A stretch of DNA of 8,042 nucleotides, from UHGV virus genome UHGV-0209291; one strand, written 5' to 3'. How positions within the stretch are numbered: position 1 is the first letter of the stretch; each line of letters opens with the position of its first letter. The position numbers were made by a program, and so were the translations under genes. Positions 1 to 5,547 of this stretch are shown one piece after another. The DNA comes from a virus. The notes below the pieces were generated by a model that made no database searches, was not told where the DNA came from, and worked only from the letters and a program-made list of their open reading frames with translations.

Positions 1-26
1 ATTGAAGGAATGAACCTAACATACAA

Positions 27-245
27 TCAACTCCCTTTATTAAGAATCTGGAACAGGATAGCCAGGCAGATAAACCCAAGCGCAAATGGTATCAGGAACG
101 GGGGAAGTTCATTGATGACACGCACCAGAAAACCAAACCCTTTTACAATAAGTTCCACCAGGCCAAGAAGCATCTGGAATAGGTCAATGACAAAATCAAC
201 AACCGTCTTAAAGATATTGGCAATGGATTCAAAGAACTTAAACAT
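27..245 (-). CDS. Small hydrophobic membrane protein (72 aa), candidate pVI-like minor virion protein.
   Basis: ATG at 245 directly abuts the TAA stop of the upstream 430-aa gene (TAAATG). A strong G-rich SD (AAGGGGGGTGGG) lies 3 nt upstream. The protein is almost entirely hydrophobic (two or more TM segments). Its position after a pIII-like gene mirrors gIII-gVI order. Confidence 0.55.
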   Translation of the reverse strand: MFKFFESIANIFKTVVDFVIDLFQMLLGLVELIVKGFGFLVRVINELPPFLIPFALGFICLAILFQILNKGS

Positions 246-1538
246 TTACCCACCCCCCTTTAAACGGTACAGACCAACGGCGCAGGAAGCGAGAGAGAGG
301 ATAAGGCATACATTTATGACCACCTGGAACCCACCGGAACGTTCATAAATACCTTGCAGGAAATCGGAAACAGTTGATATGACGGATAATGTACTGTCAA
401 AACTGAAATCAAAATCTATGTTCCCAATCCCTGTATTAACATCCTCCATTAGATTATCTTCGGCCTGGTCATATTCCGTAAGTGAACCATTCAATCGGTC
501 ATTATCGGAATTCATACCAGAATTATCATAGCCATTCGATAACTTATCCGTATTCGCATTGTTATTGTTAATGATGTTAGTGGTATTGGATTCCTCAGCA
601 GCTATGATATCATCCGTGTTATCCCTATCAGCCTGTAACTGTTCGGAATGTTGCTGGGTCATCTTGTTATAAAGATTCGTAAATTCACCTGCAAGCTGGT
701 TCCAAAAGGCTGTAAGCTGGCTTGATATTGTCTGTATCGTATTTTTAATGAGTTCAATGATAGTATCACCCTGTTCCACCTGCTGGGCCGTATTATTAGA
801 AATACTCTGGTTAATGTCCTGGTCAACATTGCCGGAATCAGGGGAACCCCCCTGTACAGGCGCATCACCGGAAAGACGGGTAAAGTTAATGCTGACATAA
901 CCGCCCCAAGGAGGGGTACCCGTATCCGATTTTAAAAAGTTAGAAATATTAAACTGACTTGTAGACGCACCAATTGAAACATCAGCCGAAAGGCTGAAAT
1001 CACCAGAAGAATACGTTCCATCAACAAAAATCTGAGAACCCTGTTCACTTACATTACTATACTTAACACCGAACCAAAAAGTAGTAAAATCATATGAAAT
1101 AAAAGTATTACTACCAAAATGAACAGACACCTTATATTTACCAGCAGGAGGAAGGGCGCGCTTACGCAAAACAAAACCGAACCAATAAGGTGATGCATAA
1201 TCAGACGGCCTAGCAATAGAAGCGTATCCATTATCATTTACCTGCGAAAAACTATGCTGGATACGTCCAGACATATCATAATAAGCAAGACACATCTGTA
1301 CACCAGAATAATCGACTGAATTGGATACAGTATCATCACCAGACGACATAAGGGCAGGGGCTTCCAAAGTATCAAAATCACCTGATTCCAAAAAATCATC
1401 TGAAGGCATTGCATTACTAGATATGGCAATATTTAATTGGGCATTAGAGGATGTAGCAATTTCAGACGCGAACGAACCAAAAGCACAAGTCAATGATATG
1501 AGAGATACTAAAATGATTGTTATGATACGCTTAGACAT
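246..1538 (-). CDS. Secreted, C-terminally membrane-anchored protein (430 aa), candidate pIII-like adsorption/minor coat protein.
   Basis: N-terminal signal peptide (MSKRIITIILVSLISLTCAFGSFASE). S/T/N/D/G-rich beta-like N-terminal half, then a Q/N-rich helical region. C-terminal hydrophobic anchor (VVINVCLILSLASCAVGLY-RLK). SD-like AGGGGGTGT lies 9 nt upstream of the ATG. Large ORF, no competing frame. Confidence 0.6.
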   Translation of the reverse strand: MSKRIITIILVSLISLTCAFGSFASEIATSSNAQLNIAISSNAMPSDDFLESGDFDTLEAPALMSSGDDTVSNSVDYSGVQMCLAYYDMSGRIQHSFSQVNDNGYASIARPSDYASPYWFGFVLRKRALPPAGKYKVSVHFGSNTFISYDFTTFWFGVKYSNVSEQGSQIFVDGTYSSGDFSLSADVSIGASTSQFNISNFLKSDTGTPPWGGYVSINFTRLSGDAPVQGGSPDSGNVDQDINQSISNNTAQQVEQGDTIIELIKNTIQTISSQLTAFWNQLAGEFTNLYNKMTQQHSEQLQADRDNTDDIIAAEESNTTNIINNNNANTDKLSNGYDNSGMNSDNDRLNGSLTEYDQAEDNLMEDVNTGIGNIDFDFSFDSTLSVISTVSDFLQGIYERSGGFQVVINVCLILSLASCAVGLYRLKGGG

Positions 1539-1666
1539 AAAAAAAATACACCCCCTAACAAATTGTTAAAAGATGTACTAAACAATACTTAATTTGTAAC
1601 TAACTATTCGTTAAACTAGACTATTATGAATAGTTACTTTATTTTATTAAGTGGATAGTACATCTG
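1539..1666 (-). promoter_or_regulatory. AT-rich intergenic region upstream of the 430-aa gene; putative promoter/operator with inverted repeat TAACTATTC (1601-1609) / GAATAGTTA (1628-1636) and one AACTAACTA copy (1598-1606).
   Basis: 128-bp AT-rich gap between minus-strand genes. The inverted repeat and an AACTAACTA motif are shared with other upstream regions (2344-2352, 2817-2875). No clean -35/-10 could be assigned. Confidence 0.3.
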
Positions 1667-1888
1667 TTATGACAAAGAAGAATCCGAAAGAGCATCAGCA
1701 ACCTTATCATGAACTGATTTCAAAACCTTGATTTCAGATTCCGCAATGCTGAAACGCTCTGACGTGTTTATATCATCAAGGGAACGAATACGGCGTATCC
1801 TGGCGCAACGTTCCAATAATTCATCCAGACGGACGTTTACTACCCGGTTAAGGTATCGTAATTCACGTTCCGTAAGTTCAATTTTCAT
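1667..1888 (-). CDS. Hypothetical small soluble helical protein (73 aa), possibly a regulator.
   Basis: Intact ORF with charged/helical composition (ELTERELRYLNRVVNVRLDELLERCARIRR). Only a weak SD (GTGGTTGG). Sits between the gV-like and pIII-like genes. Confidence 0.45.
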   Translation of the reverse strand: MKIELTERELRYLNRVVNVRLDELLERCARIRRIRSLDDINTSERFSIAESEIKVLKSVHDKVADALSDSSLS

Positions 1889-2014
1889 CCAACCACTACT
1901 TTCTTATAATCTGTAACACATTTCCCATATCCGCGACACCGTAGGTGCATCCGGGACATGATGAACCGCGACCGCCAGGAACCTGGCACCAATCAGCAAT
2001 CAAGGGGAAGGAGT

Positions 2015-2048
2015 ATCCCCGGCCCCTAGATAATACCTGGGGCCGGGG
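2015..2048. repeat. GC-rich stem-loop with an 11-bp perfect stem, TCCCCGGCCCC (2015-2025) / GGGGCCGGGGA (2038-2048), and a 12-nt loop. It lies in a GC-rich structured non-coding segment (about 1900-2060) downstream of the gV-like gene.
   Basis: Direct reading of the sequence. No T-run follows on either strand, so it is not a canonical intrinsic terminator. The stem core ATCCCCGGC is shared with the 4262-4284 hairpin. Confidence 0.55.
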
Positions 2049-2061
2049 AATAGTGCATACG

Positions 2062-2322
2062 CTAGTTAGGTGAATCAACTATCTGGACAGCATCAACAAA
2101 ACCCCTGCGGTCAAAATTAAAATCCACATAGTCCTCAGGATGGATACCGGAGATATCCGGCGCATACTGACCATTCCAGACATCCACATTCTCCACCCTG
2201 ACACCACGGACCTTATCCGGCTGACGGGAAGGAACAGAATAAAAACGGGTAAAATCATAAGGCTTACCTGTCTTTTTAGAAACGCCTTCGAACCTCTCAA
2301 TACCTAAAACATGATATACCAT
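2062..2322 (-). CDS. gV-like ssDNA-binding protein (86 aa) of filamentous phage.
   Basis: Length matches M13 gVp (87 aa). Motifs GVSKKTGKPY (compare M13 GVSRQGKPY) and GQYAP (compare M13 GQPAYAP). SD GTGAGGA upstream. Recognised by eye from memory of gVp, not by search. Confidence 0.7.
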   Translation of the reverse strand: MVYHVLGIERFEGVSKKTGKPYDFTRFYSVPSRQPDKVRGVRVENVDVWNGQYAPDISGIHPEDYVDFNFDRRGFVDAVQIVDSPN

Positions 2323-2406
2323 AACTAATCCTCACTTTCTTTAAACTAACTAATTGGTTATATTATAGACCAGGGCAGGGCCACGGAGGGATACCCTGGG
2401 GGCAAC

Positions 2407-2586
2407 CTAAACAGGCGGAATATCGTCTGAATCCTCATTTATGTAAGACAAGATGGCTTCAAGACGGGAAAAATGATACTGTAATACATCAACACGGCAC
2501 TGGTCATGCAACGCCATGGCACGACAGATTGCCACGCTGGTTTCATTTTGTTCCTGCTCTAAGAGAGCCTTGGAAAGTCTACGCAT
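2407..2586 (-). CDS. Hypothetical 59-aa protein (MRRLSKALLEQEQNETSVAICRAMALHDQC...), below the ORF-track cutoff.
   Basis: ATG at 2586 is preceded by AGGAGGGG at 7-nt spacing. It overlaps the 3' end of the 79-aa ORF in another frame by 28 nt. Confidence 0.4.
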   Translation of the reverse strand: MRRLSKALLEQEQNETSVAICRAMALHDQCRVDVLQYHFSRLEAILSYINEDSDDIPPV

Positions 2587-2798
2587 TCGGGACCCCTCCT
2601 GTTAGTTTTATAAGCGTGAGCAACAACACCACGCAAAGCATCGCGCTCCTCAGAAGTAATTGCATCAATGGTACATGCAAAACTCAGTTGTGAACAAATC
2701 CAAGTATAATCAAACATCAAATCAATAACATCATCACCACGAAGATAAACTTCCACAGCATCATTGATTGTCTTACGGATACGCTTTTCATCCATCAT
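2559..2798 (-). CDS. Hypothetical 79-aa protein; first gene transcribed divergently from the XRE cassette.
   Basis: Tandem ATG ATG with TAAGGAGGAT SD at 8-nt spacing. Acidic/helical N-terminus. No recognisable domain. Confidence 0.55.
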   Translation of the reverse strand: MMDEKRIRKTINDAVEVYLRGDDVIDLMFDYTWICSQLSFACTIDAITSEERDALRGVVAHAYKTNRRGPECVDFPRLS

Positions 2799-2816
2799 AT
2801 TAAATCCTCCTTATGC

Positions 2817-2875
2817 ACTAACTAAATCATTCTTGTGAACTAACTAAATTTGTGATAAAATAGATACTAACTAAG
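2817..2875. repeat. Three direct copies of ACTAACTAA(A/G) at 2817, 2839 and 2866 (spacing 22 and 27 bp), each partly flanked by TTGTGA, in the divergent intergenic region. Candidate operator array.
   Basis: Read directly. The region sits between the minus-strand 79-aa gene and the plus-strand XRE regulator gene, like a lambda OR-type switch region. Related AACTAACTA copies occur at 1598-1606 and 2344-2352 upstream of other minus-strand genes. Confidence 0.5.
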
Positions 2876-2882
2876 CGCTTAA

Positions 2883-2912
2883 TTGTTACTTATCTTATAC
2901 TAAGATTATACT
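2883..2912 (+). promoter_or_regulatory. Putative sigma70-type promoter for the XRE cassette: TTGTTA (2883-2888), 18 nt spacer, TATACT (2907-2912).
   Basis: Hexamers read from the sequence, with a 50-nt leader to ATG 2962. The duplicated CAATATTTTGGAG at 2914-2926 and 2943-2955 lies in the leader. Prediction only. Confidence 0.35.
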
Positions 2913-2961
2913 ACAATATTTTGGAGCAGTCAATAGTTAAATCAATATTTTGGAGTAGATT

Positions 2962-3303
2962 ATGGAAAATTATGTATCTAAACTTTTTAGAATAATGGAA
3001 GAAAAAGGAATAACAGCTTATCAAATAAGCAAAGGAACAGGAATAGGTCAAACAACATTATCAAGTTGGAAAACCGGAACCAAACCAGCAATGGATAAAT
3101 TTGTGTTAGTACTACAATATATTGGCATATCATCAGATGAATTATTTGGCCTAAGAGAACCAGAATACACCCCCAAAGAAAAAGAAATCATATCCAAATA
3201 CAGGAAATATGATGTACATCAAAAAGAATTATTAGAAGCTTATATGGACTTACTCGGAGGAGAAAAGCATCATGACACGGAAGATGCAAGATTATACGGT
3301 TAA
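2962..3303 (+). CDS. XRE-family (Cro/C1-type) helix-turn-helix transcriptional regulator, 113 aa; candidate phage repressor/immunity regulator.
   Basis: Classic HTH_XRE signature ITAYQISKGTGIGQTTLSSWKTGTKP. GGAG SD 7 nt upstream. AT-rich codon usage unlike the backbone. Confidence 0.85.
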   Translation: MENYVSKLFRIMEEKGITAYQISKGTGIGQTTLSSWKTGTKPAMDKFVLVLQYIGISSDELFGLREPEYTPKEKEIISKYRKYDVHQKELLEAYMDLLGGEKHHDTEDARLYG

Positions 3304-3354
3304 ACGACTACATCAATACTAAAAATAAATAGTCAACCCAAACGAGGAAAATGT

Positions 3355-3981
3355 ATGTATCAGACCTATATAACACTAATACTAATTATAATTCTACTTT
3401 ACATTATCATTAAACTAATCAAAGAAAAAAATAAAGACAATGACACAAACATAAGAAGAATTGAAGAACTAAAAGAAAAAGAACTAACAAAAGAAGATAA
3501 CAACATCAATAAAAATCAATATAAAAAGAAATATTTTCTAACAAACACAGAAAAACAATTTTTATCAATATTATACGAACTAAAAAAATATAATTTAATT
3601 ATTATACCCCAAATAAATTTAGCTACAATTATACAAAAAACAGGAGAATTTCGGTATCAAAATGAATTATATCGAAATATTGATTTCGGAATATTCGATA
3701 AAAATTATAATATTCTACTTTTAATTGAATTAAATGATATATCACATCAACAATACAAACGGCGAGAAAGAGACATGAAAGTAAAAGAAATCGTCAAACA
3801 AGCCGACATAAAACTTATCAATTTTTATACAGACAAACCTAATAAACCAGAATACGTAATAAAAAGAATCATGAATGAACTTGCGATATCTATACCGAAT
3901 TACGAAATAAATCAAATTGAACAAGATAAAAAAGACGAACAACCATCCATAACTCACCAGAATGAACAAGAATCGATTTAA
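3355..3981 (+). CDS. Membrane-anchored protein (208 aa) with a DUF2726 / Vsr-DUF559-like (PD-(D/E)xK restriction-endonuclease-like fold) domain.
   Basis: N-terminal TM (ITLILIIILLYIIIKLI). Domain signature NIDFGIFDKNYNILLLIELNDISHQQYKRRERDMKVKEIVKQADIKLINF matches the hhDFhhhD...hhhhE(L/V)D(D/G)xSH...R..RD...L...GI.hhR(F) pattern of the DUF2726/DUF559 families. GAGGA SD at 6-nt spacing. About 25% GC. Confidence 0.7.
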   Translation: MYQTYITLILIIILLYIIIKLIKEKNKDNDTNIRRIEELKEKELTKEDNNINKNQYKKKYFLTNTEKQFLSILYELKKYNLIIIPQINLATIIQKTGEFRYQNELYRNIDFGIFDKNYNILLLIELNDISHQQYKRRERDMKVKEIVKQADIKLINFYTDKPNKPEYVIKRIMNELAISIPNYEINQIEQDKKDEQPSITHQNEQESI

Positions 3982-4008
3982 GGGAATTTTAAGGAGGATA
4001 TAACCTAA

Positions 4009-4254
4009 ATGAATGAAAATGAAATGCTAGAAGCCATCAGAGGAATGCTACAAGAAGAACTTAAACCAATCCATGATAGCATAGAAACTCTAAAAGTACA
4101 AAACAAGGCTATAAAAAACAAATTAGAAGAAATAGACATAAGACTAACCAACCTAGAATACCAGACAAAGAAGGGAACCAAAGAAACCAGACAAGACATA
4201 GAAACATTAGTAGAAGTCCTAGAAGCAAAAGGCATATTACCAAAAGCACTATAA
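4009..4254 (+). CDS. Small coiled-coil protein (81 aa), function unknown.
   Basis: Perfect SD AAGGAGGA 8 nt upstream. Heptad-like, charged sequence (LEAIRGMLQEELKPIHDSIETLKVQNKAIKNKLEEIDIRLTNLEYQ). Immediately followed by a terminator hairpin. Confidence 0.75.
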   Translation: MNENEMLEAIRGMLQEELKPIHDSIETLKVQNKAIKNKLEEIDIRLTNLEYQTKKGTKETRQDIETLVEVLEAKGILPKAL

Positions 4255-4261
4255 CAGCAAA

Positions 4262-4290
4262 ATCCCCGGCTCTATGCCGGGGATATCTTT
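4262..4290. terminator. Bidirectional rho-independent terminator: 9-bp GC-rich stem ATCCCCGGC / GCCGGGGAT with 5-nt loop TCTAT. Followed by ATCTTTATCT on the plus strand and TTTTGCTGTT on the minus strand.
   Basis: Read directly. It ends the plus-strand cassette (stop at 4254) and likely also the minus-strand rep transcript. Confidence 0.6.
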
Positions 4291-4296
4291 ATCTAT

Positions 4297-4359
4297 GTAA
4301 CACATTTTCACCTGCAGGTGATTTCTGGCCTGGCCGGAGCCGGCATGACCATGTGTTAC
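4297..4359. repeat. Compound inverted repeat: outer 9-bp stem GTAACACAT (4297-4305) / ATGTGTTAC (4351-4359) enclosing the perfect 12-bp palindrome CACCTGCAGGTG (4309-4320) and GGCCGG-AG-CCGGC (4332-4344). Candidate packaging signal or single-strand origin of the intergenic region.
   Basis: Read directly. It sits immediately downstream of the rep operon, where inovirus intergenic regions carry packaging/origin hairpins. Confidence 0.45.
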
Positions 4360-4538
4360 TAATCATCATCAATTACCCCACGCTTGACGGCATCAGCCAG
4401 GCCAATTGATACTAACCGGGTAGCCAGTTCCGCAGGAGTGGCATAACATTCACAGTATTCCATGTAACGGCAGAGTTGGTTATACTGCTTCTTTGTAAGG
4501 TATGTACTAACTTTGATTTTTCCAATCGGCTTATTCAT
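4359..4538 (-). CDS. Hypothetical 59-aa Cys-rich protein (MNKPIGKIKVSTYLTKKQYNQLCRYMEYCECYATPAELATRLVSIGLADAVKRGVIDDD), below the ORF-track cutoff.
   Basis: ATG at 4538 overlaps the rep stop (ATGAATAA). AAGGGAAA lies upstream. A C-x5-C-x1-C pattern hints at metal binding. The stop overlaps the right arm of the compound inverted repeat. Weak support. Confidence 0.35.
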   Translation of the reverse strand: MNKPIGKIKVSTYLTKKQYNQLCRYMEYCECYATPAELATRLVSIGLADAVKRGVIDDD

Positions 4539-5547
4539 AAAAGTTTCCCTTCTGATATCTTAATAACTGATTCCGTAACTTGTTAAATATGGAACCCTCA
4601 ACTTCAAAGGGACGTTCCAGGAGCAGCGCCTTGTATCTACGTTTCGTAGGAGCCGACATCTGCCGGAGATAATAGTCCATCTTGTCAACAGGTTGTTCCG
4701 CAAGCAACTGCACAATAACCTTTGTCTCTGCAAGGTCAATCACTTTACGAGTATAGACATTGGGCCAACATCTACAGCAATCACTGTAATCCAGGCTGTC
4801 CAACGTGACCTCAATCCGAGTAAGTGGATAATCAAGTTCTGCCTCAATCTGTTTATTATATACCTTGACACGGCCTGGACTGGACATAGAACCTAAGTAT
4901 TCAGTAAAATCCTGGGCTGATTTATAAAACTGGCTGTATTTCCGGTTATCCTTGATAAGCTGCACACAATCACGACCGTACGGCACATCAACCGCCAAAT
5001 CCCATCTCTTGATTTTTATAGATTCCACACTTACAAAAAGCTGGTCCAATACTTCTCCCAGAATGTCGCCTATCTGGTCCCGTAAATCACGGAAGGAGAT
5101 TTCCTCCTGGGTAAAAGGGGATATTGTGGTACGAAGAAAGCCATCACCATAAGCAACTTCACCCAGCAGCTTATTAGGGTTGAAATCCAGGAAACCCCGT
5201 AAGACAGTTTCTTTCTTTACACCATTCATACAACAGCCAATACTGAATGACATCCCTTTCATCCCAAACACATATAAATACCGATAGTCAAAATCCTTGT
5301 AAGATGTATAGGACGTGGAGCCAGGCAGGTGGGAGAGGAGAGAAAGAAAGGATTCCACTGTATCAATATTGGGAAACTCGAAGGAGTAACGGAGGGAATC
5401 ACAGGAGTAGAAAACACCATCCTCAATGAGTGGATTGAAGTAGTAAAGCATGGGCAGGACCTCCAAAAAGATTGTTAAGTAACTATACAAAGTGAAAGAA
5501 TTTTTCAGGACTTCGGACCTAATTAGACGGAGGTCCGAAGTCATCAT
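4531..5547 (-). CDS. Rolling-circle replication initiator, Rep_trans (pT181 RepC/RepD-like) family, 338 aa.
   Basis: Motifs RWDLAVDV and VKVYNKQIE (candidate catalytic Tyr) resemble Rep_trans conserved blocks as I recall them. GAGGA SD 9 nt upstream of the ATG ATG start. Its position next to the Zot-like gene and structured intergenic region fits an inovirus gII equivalent. Confidence 0.7.
   Translation of the reverse strand: MMTSDLRLIRSEVLKNSFTLYSYLTIFLEVLPMLYYFNPLIEDGVFYSCDSLRYSFEFPNIDTVESFLSLLSHLPGSTSYTSYKDFDYRYLYVFGMKGMSFSIGCCMNGVKKETVLRGFLDFNPNKLLGEVAYGDGFLRTTISPFTQEEISFRDLRDQIGDILGEVLDQLFVSVESIKIKRWDLAVDVPYGRDCVQLIKDNRKYSQFYKSAQDFTEYLGSMSSPGRVKVYNKQIEAELDYPLTRIEVTLDSLDYSDCCRCWPNVYTRKVIDLAETKVIVQLLAEQPVDKMDYYLRQMSAPTKRRYKALLLERPFEVEGSIFNKLRNQLLRYQKGNFYE
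5508..5542. promoter_or_regulatory. Perfect 12-bp hairpin GACTTCGGACCT / AGGTCCGAAGTC with 10-nt loop (plus strand AATTAGACGG, gene-sense strand CCGTCTAATT) at the Zot-stop/Rep-start junction. Candidate double-strand origin or translational-coupling element.
   Basis: Read directly. The hairpin covers Rep codons 3-13, and the Zot stop codon (5519-5521) lies in the stem. The loop on the gene-sense (viral) strand contains TCTAAT, reminiscent of the pT181-family nick site ...ACTCT/AATAG..., which lies inside the 5' end of repC. Confidence 0.4.

Noticed and set aside
10-1569. Plus-strand ORFs 10-348 and 1321-1569, and minus-strand alternative-frame ORFs 659-898, 1049-1237 and 1238-1429, inside the 430-aa and 72-aa genes.
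   Set aside because: They overlap well-supported secreted-protein genes in other frames or antisense. They lack SDs and their composition is typical of off-frame translation.
1728-1916. Plus-strand 62-aa ORF antisense to the 73-aa gene.
   Set aside because: Antisense shadow; no SD.
1896-2078. 60-aa minus-strand ORF (MIHLTSVCTIPRPQVL...) covering the GC-rich region.
   Set aside because: It spans the 11-bp GC hairpin and other palindromes of a structured non-coding segment. It has no SD, and its R/G/P-rich composition reflects the GC-rich DNA.
2079-2300. 73-aa hydrophobic minus-strand ORF overlapping the gV-like gene in another frame.
   Set aside because: The gV-like frame carries recognisable ssDNA-binding motifs and an SD. 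The overlapping frame has neither.
3742-4235. Minus-strand ORFs 3742-3969 and 4005-4235 inside the AT-rich cassette.
   Set aside because: They are antisense to plus-strand genes that have perfect SDs and domain signatures. Their F/Y/I-rich composition is the usual artefact of AT-rich antisense frames.
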